From assembly GCA_963169535.1 (NCBI GenBank), contig CAUJED010000135.1, positions 3,002 through 67,001 of the forward strand: a DNA stretch of 64,000 bases, given 5' to 3'. The notes under the pieces are model-generated. The model was given only the letters and a program-made list of their open reading frames with translations. It searched no databases and was not told the origin of the DNA. This document shows positions 50,317 to 59,040 of this stretch, piece after piece (positions within the stretch are counted from its first letter, which is position 1; every line of letters begins with the position of its first letter). The position numbers and the translations under genes are program-made. Source of the stretch: Bacteroidota bacterium. Its GTDB lineage: Bacteria > Bacteroidota > Bacteroidia > Flavobacteriales_F > PHOS-HE28.

Positions 50317-50678
50317 CGGTTGCGTACTTGTTCGCAGGCGGCTTCGGCCTGGGCCAGGGTTTGTTCCGATCGGCGGACCCGCGAGGCCGAGGAGCGGCTG
50401 CGCAGCATCGCCGAGGATCGGGCCTCAAGCTCGGTAGGTGTTGCGCCCGATCGTGCCTCCAGGACGATGATGCCCGCAGGTACACAGGCGAAGACCAGGT
50501 GCATGTCGCCGGTGCGCTTCAGCTCGCGCACGATCTCATCACGGGTGGCGCTCGTCAAGCCTTCCACCTGGTAGGTGATACGCGAAGGGGCGAGGTGCTG
50601 GTCTTGGGCTTGGCTACGGGTGCCGATCAGTACCAGCAGGAGGCCAAGTGCGCGCAAAAGGATCGATGTGTTCTTCAT
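50313..50678 (-). CDS. Small secreted hypothetical protein (121 aa), translationally coupled to the giant adhesin gene
   Basis: Track ORF trimmed to ATG 50678. Signal peptide MKNTSILLRALGLLLVLIGTRSQAQ. Its TGA (50313..50315) overlaps the adhesin ATG (50314..50316). No recognisable domain. Confidence 0.55.
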   Translation of the reverse strand: MKNTSILLRALGLLLVLIGTRSQAQDQHLAPSRITYQVEGLTSATRDEIVRELKRTGDMHLVFACVPAGIIVLEARSGATPTELEARSSAMLRSRSSASRVRRSEQTLAQAEAACEQVRNR

Positions 50679-50742
50679 CGTCGGTTCGTTCGGGCCGCTG
50701 TTGGATGAGTGGTCCATGAGCGGCGAGGAGCATGGTCTGGGC

Positions 50743-50775
50743 CATTTATACTGAAGTTCGACGGGAAAGGTTCAA
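50743..50775 (-). promoter_or_regulatory. Weak promoter candidate for the adhesin module (TTGAAC ... TATAAATG)
   Basis: The minus strand reads TTGAACctttcccgtcgaacttcagTATAAATGg, about 65 nt upstream of ATG 50678. This is only a partial match to TAnnTTTG, and no better box lies in 50679..51125. Confidence 0.2.
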
Positions 50776-51125
50776 CGGCAGATGAACCGGTCGTGACTGG
50801 CGATGGGTCCTTTCGGCGATCGGTTCGCTACCATTGGGCCGGTCAAGAGCGGCCGGAGATGCATGGCTGTTCATGCACAGACCGATACGGGAGGCCACTG
50901 GTGTAGCGGGACCTACGGCACAGGTCTTTCGGTGAAGGCCTGAGGAAAATGATCAAGCGGATAGGCTGGAGTTTGATGTCCAATGGATATGAGCCATCCC
51001 ATGCGCGCCCCCCGCACACGGCGCGTTCAGCGGAAGGGGGCGGTCGGCCGAAGGGCTTACCCCCTCCCGGCATCTATCCGATCGAAGGTGGTCCGGAAGT
51101 ATCCTGGTTCACCTGGGATGCCCGG

Positions 51126-51872
51126 TCAGGCTGCGCCCTGTTGACGCTTCTCCAAGGCCTGGTGCAGGATGATCCCTGCCGCCACGGAAACGTTCAGCGA
51201 ACCGATGGAGCCGGCCATGGGGATCTTCACCAGCTCGTCTGCCATCCGTAGGATCGCATCGCTGATACCCTCATCCTCGGCTCCCATCACGATCACCAGT
51301 GGGCCCGACAGGTCGCATTGGGACAGAGGTGTGGCCCCTTTCTCGGTGCATGCGACGATCCGCAGGCCATGGTCACGCGCCGCACGCAGACCGTCGGCCA
51401 ATCGGCTTACCCGGCACACGGGTTTACGCAATAGTGCCCCGGCGGAGCTCTTCACGGCATCGGGCCCCAGGCGCGCCGTACCCATCTTCGGAACGAGCAA
51501 GGCATGCACTCCGAAGCATTCGGCACTACGGGCGATGGCCCCCATGTTGCGAACGTCCGTCACGCTATCCAGGGCCAGGATCAGTGGCGTCTCACCGTTC
51601 TCGTACGCGCGCGCGATCACTTCTTGCAGGTCCTGTTCCTCCACCTGGCTCAGGAAGGCGATCACACCTTGGTGTTCAGTGCGTGTCAACCGGTCCAGTT
51701 TCTCCACCGGAACGGGTTGCCAAGGGATCTGGCGGTCCATGGCCAACTGGCGGATCTCCCGGATCCCATCACCACCGGCCTCCCGTCGGATCAGCAGCTT
51801 CTCCACGTTCTTTCCCGCACGCAGGGCTTCGATCACCGGCCATACGCCGCATACAAGGTCGTTCGCTGCCAT
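51126..51872 (-). CDS. rlmB: SpoU/TrmH-family 23S rRNA (guanosine-2'-O)-methyltransferase, RlmB-like
   Basis: 248 aa, ...GVWPVIEALRAG..., LILALDSVTDVRNMGAIARSAECFG, VIVMGAEDEGIS, IPMAGSIGSLNVSVAAGIIL. Confidence 0.8.
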   Translation of the reverse strand: MAANDLVCGVWPVIEALRAGKNVEKLLIRREAGGDGIREIRQLAMDRQIPWQPVPVEKLDRLTRTEHQGVIAFLSQVEEQDLQEVIARAYENGETPLILALDSVTDVRNMGAIARSAECFGVHALLVPKMGTARLGPDAVKSSAGALLRKPVCRVSRLADGLRAARDHGLRIVACTEKGATPLSQCDLSGPLVIVMGAEDEGISDAILRMADELVKIPMAGSIGSLNVSVAAGIILHQALEKRQQGAA

Positions 51873-51965
51873 GGCACAAAGGTGAGGGTTCGCGGCCGGT
51901 TATCGGCCTGGTGCCCCGAAGACAGCCTGTTTTCGGCGGGTTGATCGGCCCGCCATCGGATATGA

Positions 51966-53270
51966 TCAGTTCTGGTATACCCTTCCGTTGCGCCAGCTTT
52001 CCACGTTCCGGTACCAGGCTCCCTTCAACATCGGATCGCGCTCCAAGACCAGGTCATTGTCGTTCAGCGCGCCCTTTCTGGGCTTGAAGGTGAAGGAGAG
52101 GCTCATCAGGTTGTTCTCCTCCCCGTAGATCCAGGTCTCGCTCTGATCATTCTTGTAAATGGTGGAGGGCATGCCGAAGATGATATGCACCAGTCCGCGG
52201 TCCGTGCGCCACCCTTCGGATTCGGCGGTGAAATGCCGGTTGGCGGTCTCCACGCGGCCGTAGAAGATCCGGATGGCCTCGCGTCCACGTTCACGGTCTC
52301 CGGCCGCATCGATCCAGAAGCGCTCAACGGCCTGCCGCACGTCATCGCTTTTCTGGATCCGTTCGTATTCCTGGTTTGATGTGATGTAGCGGATCGGCTT
52401 CAACATGTCATCCGTCGTGGCCACGATGGGATAAGCTTCGGAGATCGAATACACCGCATAGCTCGGCGTATGGGCCGTGTCCAGGTATATCCGGTACGCT
52501 CCTGTTCGGGACAGGTCAAGTCTGAAGTGGCCGTTGTCATCGACCATTGCCGTGAAGGTGGTGTCGGGCGGTGCGCTCGCAGTGGGGTCTGCCGGAGGGT
52601 TCGTGGTGAAAACGGGAGCGGGCAGGTTCGTATGGGCAGGGTACCGGCGCACCGTCAAGCGAGCGTTCGCACAACGTTTGCAGTGGATGCGCACCACACC
52701 ACCGTTGAAATGGTCGGTGAAGTAGGGGAGTCCATGGCTGGTGTCAACGGGCATGAAGTATTGGTCGGTGGCCTGTTCGTCGCGATCCACGCGGAGGAAC
52801 ACGGTGCTGCGCACATCGCGGTTCAGGTCATGGGCCTCCACTTTCAGTACGAATGAGCGCCGTTCCAGCCGCCGAAGGTCCATGCTGCCGATCAGCTCAC
52901 GCTCTTCGGAAGGCGAGTCGCTCGCATCGTTGATCAGGGTGCTGGCACTGTCCAGCGGCACCTTGGAGTCGAAGGTGTCGTATGATCCGTAGCTGATGCG
53001 AACGGCCGCGTGGAATGGCCCACCGCCACCATCTCTCTTGTACAGCAGGTCGGATGTGTTCAGCGTGTAGTACACCCGCGAGTGGTCGTTGCCCAGGTGG
53101 TGGATGCGGGCCTGCAACGGAAGTTGTACACTGCCTTTGCCGTATAGGTAGGAAAGATTGTCGCGCTTGGTCAGCGAGGCGGTGGATGAACAGCCTGCGG
53201 CCATCAGTGCCACGAATAGGAGGCCGGTGATGGGCTGCACGAGGTTCAAGGCCCAACGGCCACCCACCAT
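51966..53270 (-). CDS. GWxTD domain-containing lipoprotein (start trimmed to ATG 53270)
   Basis: GWRTDRGLVHIIFGMPSTIY motif near the C-terminus. A lipoprotein-type signal MVGGRWALNLVQPITGLLFVALMAAGC fits the ATG at 53270 better than the track's GTG at 53360. Confidence 0.8.
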   Translation of the reverse strand: MVGGRWALNLVQPITGLLFVALMAAGCSSTASLTKRDNLSYLYGKGSVQLPLQARIHHLGNDHSRVYYTLNTSDLLYKRDGGGGPFHAAVRISYGSYDTFDSKVPLDSASTLINDASDSPSEERELIGSMDLRRLERRSFVLKVEAHDLNRDVRSTVFLRVDRDEQATDQYFMPVDTSHGLPYFTDHFNGGVVRIHCKRCANARLTVRRYPAHTNLPAPVFTTNPPADPTASAPPDTTFTAMVDDNGHFRLDLSRTGAYRIYLDTAHTPSYAVYSISEAYPIVATTDDMLKPIRYITSNQEYERIQKSDDVRQAVERFWIDAAGDRERGREAIRIFYGRVETANRHFTAESEGWRTDRGLVHIIFGMPSTIYKNDQSETWIYGEENNLMSLSFTFKPRKGALNDNDLVLERDPMLKGAWYRNVESWRNGRVYQN

Positions 53271-53403
53271 TCCGACAGGCACGCTTACCCGAGGGCGTGC
53301 CTGGCCATGCGGACCATGATCGGTCGCTCGTTGCGTTGGTGTGGTGCGCTCCATTGGCACGAAGTTAAGCAGGGCGGTAGCTGCCCTCCGCCGGTGTCGC
53401 GGC

Positions 53404-54012
53404 TCAGTTGTCCAGGATCACCACCAAGGCCCCCACGGGGACGGCATCATACAGGCGTATGACATCGTGGTTGCGCATGCGTACACAGCCCATGCTACTG
53501 GCCGTTCCGATGCTCTTCTCGTTGGCCGTTCCATGGATGTAGATGTACCGGGCATGGCTGTCCACGTTGTCGCCACGGTTCACGCCCGGTTCCAGACCGT
53601 CCAGCCACAGGATCCGGGAGGTGATCCAATCCTTGTCCACCCCCGCGAAGTCGGGGTCCGCGAGTTCTCCGGTGAATTTCCGATCGCGCAGGATGCCAAG
53701 TTCCGGTACCCCATCGCCGTATTTCTCACTGATCCGGTGCAATCCCGTGGGGGTTCGCCAACTGCCGTCGTCCCCTCCCAGGCCTGCTTTGGCCGTGGCC
53801 ACCGGATACACCTGCATCAGCTGCCGGTCGCGCACATGGAACAGGGCCTGTCGATGGATGGAGACATACAGCACATCGCCGGTGAACGTCTGCTCGGGGT
53901 ATCGTATTTCCAGGTACTCCATCAGCAGGTCCACCACGCCTTGGAGTGGAGCACCCGCAGGGCTGTGGGGCCCCGCTGCAAGGATCATGGCGAGCAGCAG
54001 TTCGCGTACCAT
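53404..54012 (-). CDS. L,D-transpeptidase (YkuD) family protein
   Basis: 202 aa with active-site region IHGTANEKSIGTASSMGCVRMRNHDV (His ... Cys-x-Arg). Confidence 0.85.
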   Translation of the reverse strand: MVRELLLAMILAAGPHSPAGAPLQGVVDLLMEYLEIRYPEQTFTGDVLYVSIHRQALFHVRDRQLMQVYPVATAKAGLGGDDGSWRTPTGLHRISEKYGDGVPELGILRDRKFTGELADPDFAGVDKDWITSRILWLDGLEPGVNRGDNVDSHARYIYIHGTANEKSIGTASSMGCVRMRNHDVIRLYDAVPVGALVVILDN

Positions 54013-54090
54013 GCTTCGAAGGTAAGTGCATGAGGAGGGCTCCTGAGAGCCTACGAAGGGATCCCGGACAGGCTCAGGGGCCTTGGCCGG

Positions 54091-55800
54091 TCAGAACAAG
54101 CTGATGAATCCGAAATGGACCTTGCCACCACGTAGTTGCACGGTGTTGTCGAATTGTTGCCCTAACGCATAGGTGAGGCTGAAGAGTCCGGCCTTGGTCT
54201 CGAACGTGGTGCCCAGGCCGAAGCCGATCGGTGTGTCGGTGCTGAAGTCGTCCTGCACGTTGCGTTCCCACCAGCCTTGGTCCACGAAGAGGAAGAAGTT
54301 GCTGTTCTCCTCGAATAGGAACCGGTACTCCACGGTGCCGATGGCGTAGCTGGAGCAGAGGATGGAAGCCTCGTCGAAGCCACGAAGGCTCTTCGATCCA
54401 CCCATACGGTAGAGCTCGTTCGTGTAGAGGTCGTCATTCTCCATGTGCCCGCCCTGCGCCACCAGCCGGATGGTGCTTTTCCGGCCCAAGGCCACATGCG
54501 CCACCATGGTTCCCATCACCTCCAGCTGCACGGTGGTGATCGTGGGCGGCTGCTCCACCAGGCCGAACACGGCCTGGCTGGTATGTTTCCGGCCGGCACT
54601 TCCCTCCAGCAGCAAGGCGTGCCCACGTCGTGGGTTGAATCGGTAGTCGAAGCGTTCTCGTCCGATGCTCAGGCCGTAGCTCACCAAGGTCACGTCGGCC
54701 ATGCCGGCCTGCGCGTACGTGTTGGAGCCAAGGCGGTCGCTGCTCTTGCTGTTGACGAAGAGGGTCACTTTGTCTCCACGGGTCATCAGGTACTCCGCGC
54801 CGATCCGTGAGGTCACCTCCAGGTAGCTGGTGTCGCGCTTGAACAGCTTAAGGCTGGCATCGATCCCGAACGGCGTGTTGAAGGCGAATGGCAGGTTACC
54901 CGACACCTTCAGGTCCTGGGTGGAGTTCTGAAGACTTCGCCAGTTCAAAGCGATGGCCTCGCCCCGGCGCAGTGCGTTACGCAGGCGCAGGTCGATATCA
55001 CCCGTCAATTGGACACGTCCCGTCACCGCGTCGGGCTGCAGGCCCAGAACGCCATTGATGCTGCTGGCCTTCTTGGCATCCAGGAACAGGAACAGCTTGG
55101 TGCTTTCGGGTGTGAATTGGACAAAGGGCCGCTGCTTCTGGGTGATGAACGGCAGTTCGCGCAGGCGGTTGTCCACGGCGTTCAACACGCTCTCGTTGTA
55201 CAGGTCGCCCGGTTTGATGGCGATGCTGGCCTGCAGGTAGCGCATGCTGGTCCGGACCGTGCCGCGGACCACCACGCTATCGTACCGCACCAGGCGCCCA
55301 GGGTCGGCGCAGAGCACGGCGCTCAAGCCGTCGGCGGTGTGTGCAAGGCTGTCGAACCAGACCCGGGCGAAGGGATGGCCATGGTTCTCCCATTCGGTCA
55401 GCAATGTTCTCGTGGTGCGCACCAGCCAGCGCGGTGAAACGGGCTGTTGGTCGATGGACTTATCACGCAACCCCACTGCGCTCGCCAGCTCCAGGGGGAT
55501 GCCACGCGTGCGAAGCCTGGCCCAGCGGTACGTACGCCCAACGGAAACGGGACATCGGCTGGTGTCCTTGGAGGTGAAGCAGGTGTCGCACGTGGCCTCC
55601 AGATGGCCCATGGTCCGCAGGCGATCGATCCGTTCCAGTACCACATCGTGGACGGAAGCGCCCGTGGGGATCGTGATCGGCCGGGTCCATTTGGCGGGCA
55701 GGCCACTGTCGGGCACCAGGATCACGGTATGGCGTTGGGCCCTGGCGAGCAATGCCGGGGCGAGCGCCAGTAGGACCAAGCACCAACGCCTCACGGACAT
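54091..55800 (-). CDS. Omp85 (BamA/TamA, D15 surface-antigen) family outer-membrane protein
   Basis: About 569 aa from MSVRRWCLVLLALAPALLARAQ. C-terminal barrel with GGSKSLRGFDE and terminal ...HFGFISLF. Confidence 0.8.
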   Translation of the reverse strand: MSVRRWCLVLLALAPALLARAQRHTVILVPDSGLPAKWTRPITIPTGASVHDVVLERIDRLRTMGHLEATCDTCFTSKDTSRCPVSVGRTYRWARLRTRGIPLELASAVGLRDKSIDQQPVSPRWLVRTTRTLLTEWENHGHPFARVWFDSLAHTADGLSAVLCADPGRLVRYDSVVVRGTVRTSMRYLQASIAIKPGDLYNESVLNAVDNRLRELPFITQKQRPFVQFTPESTKLFLFLDAKKASSINGVLGLQPDAVTGRVQLTGDIDLRLRNALRRGEAIALNWRSLQNSTQDLKVSGNLPFAFNTPFGIDASLKLFKRDTSYLEVTSRIGAEYLMTRGDKVTLFVNSKSSDRLGSNTYAQAGMADVTLVSYGLSIGRERFDYRFNPRRGHALLLEGSAGRKHTSQAVFGLVEQPPTITTVQLEVMGTMVAHVALGRKSTIRLVAQGGHMENDDLYTNELYRMGGSKSLRGFDEASILCSSYAIGTVEYRFLFEENSNFFLFVDQGWWERNVQDDFSTDTPIGFGLGTTFETKAGLFSLTYALGQQFDNTVQLRGGKVHFGFISLF

Positions 55801-56489
55801 GACAAGGACCAATGGATGGGGGGCTTACCCTGAGCCTGGAGCAACGCGTTGGTGCGCGAGAAGTGGCCGCAACCAAGGAAGCCCCTGTACGCCGAGAGGG
55901 GCGAAGGGTGCGGGGCCGTGAGGATATGGTGCCGACCCCTGTCGATCAGCGAAGCCTTCAGCTGGGCGTGGCGCCCCCAGAGCAGGAAGACCAAGCCGTT
56001 ATGGTGTGCGGAGAGTGCACGAATGGCCGCATCGGTCAAACGCTCCCAGCCACGCCGCTGGTGCGAACCCGCCTCGTTGGCCCGGACGGTGAGGGTGGCG
56101 TTGAGCAACAATACACCCTGTTCCGCCCAACCCGATAGATCGCCACAGCCTGGCCGCGGAATGCCCAGGTCGCGCTCCAGCTCAGCGAAGATGTTCTGGA
56201 GCGATGGCGGTGCTAGTATGCCCGGTGCCACCGAGAAGCACAGGCCATTCGCCTGCCCCGGCCCGTGGTAGGGGTCCTGCCCCAGGATCACCACACGTAC
56301 CGCCGCGAAAGGGGTGGTGTCGAAGGCGGCGAAGATCCGTGAAGGCGGAGGATATACCGTATGCTGACGCCGCTCGGTCGCCAGGAAGTCGCGCATTCCG
56401 ACGAAGAAGTCCGCTTCCAGCTCAGGTGCGATGGCCTCGCGCCAGCCTTCTCCAATATCCGGCCAGTTCGTTGCGTTATGCTCCTGCAT
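55791..56489 (-). CDS. ung: Uracil-DNA glycosylase
   Basis: 232 aa, VVILGQDPYHGPGQANGLCFSV, GVLLLNATLTV, HPSPLSA. Confidence 0.94.
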   Translation of the reverse strand: MQEHNATNWPDIGEGWREAIAPELEADFFVGMRDFLATERRQHTVYPPPSRIFAAFDTTPFAAVRVVILGQDPYHGPGQANGLCFSVAPGILAPPSLQNIFAELERDLGIPRPGCGDLSGWAEQGVLLLNATLTVRANEAGSHQRRGWERLTDAAIRALSAHHNGLVFLLWGRHAQLKASLIDRGRHHILTAPHPSPLSAYRGFLGCGHFSRTNALLQAQGKPPIHWSLSCP

Positions 56490-56554
56490 CGTAGGTCAAC
56501 AAGTTCTCGGGTACGGCTGTTGAAACATTTTCGGGAGTCGTTCGTAACGAGGGC

Positions 56555-56562
56555 TAACTTTG
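56555..56562 (+). promoter_or_regulatory. Candidate -7 promoter box TAACTTTG upstream of the 43-aa lipoprotein ORF
   Basis: Matches TAnnTTTG, 54 nt upstream of ATG 56617. The track's TTG start at 56560 lies inside the box. Confidence 0.35.
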
Positions 56563-56616
56563 CGCCGTCCGGTGCGCTTCAATCCGGTTGAGGACGATCA
56601 CCGTACAAACGAACGA

Positions 56617-56748
56617 ATGATGAAAAAGGTGTTCCAAACCATTGTGGCGATTGTACTTACAGGTGCTTTGCTCACCGCGTGCGGTTCCCATCAATCGTGC
56701 CCGGCCTACGGCAAGGTACATAAGGTGCCCGCCGAGAAGCAGGTTTGA
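56617..56748 (+). CDS. Micro-lipoprotein ORF (43 aa; predicted 22-aa mature lipopeptide)
   Basis: MMKKVFQTIVAIVLTGALLTAC|GSHQSCPAYGKVHKVPAEKQV with lipobox LTAC. Flanked by its own promoter-like box and a terminator-like hairpin. Confidence 0.5.
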   Translation: MMKKVFQTIVAIVLTGALLTACGSHQSCPAYGKVHKVPAEKQV

Positions 56749-56769
56749 GCTTTCCTACGTTCCGTACTG

Positions 56770-56790
56770 GCCCGGGCCCTTGGTCCGGGC
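56770..56790 (+). terminator. Terminator-like hairpin after the micro-lipoprotein ORF
   Basis: GCCCGG / CCGGGC stem with a 9-nt loop, followed by TTCATTGTT, 22 nt after the stop. Confidence 0.45.
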
Positions 56791-56812
56791 TTCATTGTTC
56801 CCACCCCTTTCG

Positions 56813-57220
56813 TCACCGATAGGTGAAGTGGATGTCCTGCACGAGGTCTTCGCGTAGGCTGCGGGCCACAGGGCAGGTGCGGGCAGCGTTCTCCAGGATC
56901 GCCCGTTCGCGGTCGCCCAGACCTTCCCCTTGTAGTTGCAGGTGTACTTCTATGCGCTCCACGCGGCGTGGAGGTGGTGCCATGTGCTTCACCACCCTGG
57001 CGCTCAGTCCATTCAGCGGGATCCCCTTCTCGCGGGCCGCGATGCCCATCAAGGTCATCATGCAGCTGGCCAACGAGGTGGAGAGGAGGTCGGTGGGGCT
57101 GAAGGCCTCGCCTCGCCCTTGATTATCAATGGGAGCGTCAGTGGTCAGGGTCTGCCCACTACGTACATGGGTGGCTTCGGTACGAAGTTCTCCAAGGTAG
57201 GTCACATGTGCGGTATCCAT
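56813..57220 (-). CDS. OsmC/Ohr-family peroxiredoxin-like protein (start trimmed to ATG 57220)
   Basis: 135 aa, MDTAHVTYLGELRTEATHVRSGQTLTTDAP...SPTDLLSTSLASCMMT...ARTCPVARSL. The upstream 188 aa of the track ORF overlap the divergent gene. Confidence 0.85.
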   Translation of the reverse strand: MDTAHVTYLGELRTEATHVRSGQTLTTDAPIDNQGRGEAFSPTDLLSTSLASCMMTLMGIAAREKGIPLNGLSARVVKHMAPPPRRVERIEVHLQLQGEGLGDRERAILENAARTCPVARSLREDLVQDIHFTYR

Positions 57221-57272
57221 TGCGGTGCGGTGCCTGGGGATCCATGGCGGGGCCAAGGTAGCTTCGGCTTCG

Positions 57273-57280
57273 TAGCTTTG
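57273..57280 (+). promoter_or_regulatory. Candidate -7 promoter box TAGCTTTG upstream of the 250-aa gene / lipA
   Basis: Matches TAnnTTTG, 15 nt upstream of ATG 57296. Confidence 0.3.
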
Positions 57281-57295
57281 TTGGCCGAGGTGTCC

Positions 57296-58048
57296 ATGCG
57301 AAGCCTTCTCCTTCTGCTGTTGTGTGTTCTGGGTGTGGGTGTTGCTCACGCCCAGCAGACCATCTACGAGGAGACCCGTGTGCCGTACAAGCGCGAGATG
57401 TATGGCGGGCTCCTGTTGCATGGTGATGGCTGGGGGGTGCAGTTCAACCACGCCTCGTACAAGACGGCACGTGACCGCCGGTTGTTGGGGGTGGAGGTGG
57501 TGGGCATGAAACATCCCAAGGAAGTGAAGAGTTTCAACCCGTACTACGAGGATGCACGGGGCTATTTCTACGGGAAGGCGAATTCGCTGATGATCATTCG
57601 GCCCAGCTATGGCCGTAAGTGGCAGATCACGGATAAGATCCGGCGGTCTGGAGCGGAGGTGAACGTGCTCTGGGGCGTGGGGCCATCGATCGGCCTGTTG
57701 AAACCGGTGTACCTGCAGATCGGCAAACCGGATCGGATCCCGTACGAGAACATCGCCGTGGAACGGTACGACCCTGCGGTCCATGATGTGCAGAACATCT
57801 ACGGCCGTGCCACCTGGTTCAATGGTGTCGGTGAGATGAAGCCCTATATCGGAGGCTTCGGACGGGTGGCATTCAGTTTTGAATATTCAACGGAGACCAC
57901 CGGATTGAAGGGCCTGGAGGTTGGTGCAACGGTTGATGCCTATCCGGTGACCGTGCCCATCATGGCCGAGCTGGAGGGGGTGCGCAACAAGCAGTTCTTC
58001 TTCGAGTTCTACCTGGCCTTGCAATTCGGCAAGAAGTTCGTGCAATGA
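57296..58048 (+). CDS. Hypothetical secreted (outer-membrane-like) protein (start trimmed to ATG 57296)
   Basis: Signal peptide [20 protein letters not shown]. Alternating beta-strand-like composition. Its stop overlaps the lipA start (ATGA). Confidence 0.6.
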   Translation: MRSLLLLLLCVLGVGVAHAQQTIYEETRVPYKREMYGGLLLHGDGWGVQFNHASYKTARDRRLLGVEVVGMKHPKEVKSFNPYYEDARGYFYGKANSLMIIRPSYGRKWQITDKIRRSGAEVNVLWGVGPSIGLLKPVYLQIGKPDRIPYENIAVERYDPAVHDVQNIYGRATWFNGVGEMKPYIGGFGRVAFSFEYSTETTGLKGLEVGATVDAYPVTVPIMAELEGVRNKQFFFEFYLALQFGKKFVQ

Positions 58049-58920
58049 GCGAGAACGCAGCAGTAGTGGAAGGGACGGGACGTGTACGCAAACCCGATTG
58101 GTTGCGGGTGAAACTGCCCACCGGAGAGAACTTCCGCAAGGTCGCGGGGATCGTGAGCGAGCACAAGCTGCACACGATCTGCCAGAGCGGCAACTGCCCC
58201 AACATGGGCGAATGCTGGGGGGCGGGCACGGCCACCTTCATGATCCTGGGCAACGTATGCACCCGCAGCTGCGGCTTCTGCAACGTGGCCACCGGTCGCC
58301 CCGAAGCCGTGGATCCTTTCGAGCCCGCCCGCGTGGCCCGCAGCGTGGAACTCATGGGGGTGAAGCACTGCGTGATCACCAGCGTGGACCGCGACGACCT
58401 GAAGGACGGTGGCAGCGATATCTGGGCGCGCACCATCCGGGCCATCCGCCGTCGCAGCCCTGGCACCACCATGGAAACCCTGATCCCCGATTTCCAGGGC
58501 AAGTGGGAGAACCTCGCCGTGGTGACCGACGCCGCGCCCGAGATCCTGAGCCACAACCTGGAGACCGTACGTCGCCTGACCAAGGAGGTGCGCATCCAAG
58601 CCAAGTACGACCGCAGCCTCGAAGTGCTCATGCGTGCCAAGCGTGCCGGCCTTCGCACCAAGAGCGGGATCATGCTCGGCCTTGGCGAAACGGAACAGGA
58701 GGTGCTGGAAAGCATGGACGATCTGCGGAGCGTGGGGGTGGATATCCTTACGCTGGGGCAATACCTGCAACCCACCCGAGAGCACCTGCCCGTGGCGGAG
58801 TTCATCCACCCGGACGTGTTCGCCAGGTTCAAGGCCCTCGGGTTGGAGAAAGGCTTCCGCTTCGTGGAGAGCGGCCCATTGGTACGGAGCAGCTACCATG
58901 CGGAGAAACACATGTTCTGA
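58045..58920 (+). CDS. lipA: Lipoyl synthase
   Basis: 291 aa with the two Cys clusters [13 protein letters not shown] and [10 protein letters not shown]. Confidence 0.96.
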   Translation: MSENAAVVEGTGRVRKPDWLRVKLPTGENFRKVAGIVSEHKLHTICQSGNCPNMGECWGAGTATFMILGNVCTRSCGFCNVATGRPEAVDPFEPARVARSVELMGVKHCVITSVDRDDLKDGGSDIWARTIRAIRRRSPGTTMETLIPDFQGKWENLAVVTDAAPEILSHNLETVRRLTKEVRIQAKYDRSLEVLMRAKRAGLRTKSGIMLGLGETEQEVLESMDDLRSVGVDILTLGQYLQPTREHLPVAEFIHPDVFARFKALGLEKGFRFVESGPLVRSSYHAEKHMF

Positions 58921-59040
58921 AGTGCGGTGAACGGCCGATGCCGAATAGCGAGTGGAGCGGCGTTGGTGCCGTCCCTGCAGGTAGGCCGCCATGCACGATC
59001 GCCCATTCGCCACTGACCATACAACATACCTTTCAACGTC

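Noticed and set aside
56936-57784. Overlapping extensions of track ORFs 56813..57784 (-) and 56936..58048 (+)
   Set aside because: Each extension is antisense to the other gene's real coding part. The conserved OsmC domain and the signal peptide define starts at 57220 and 57296.
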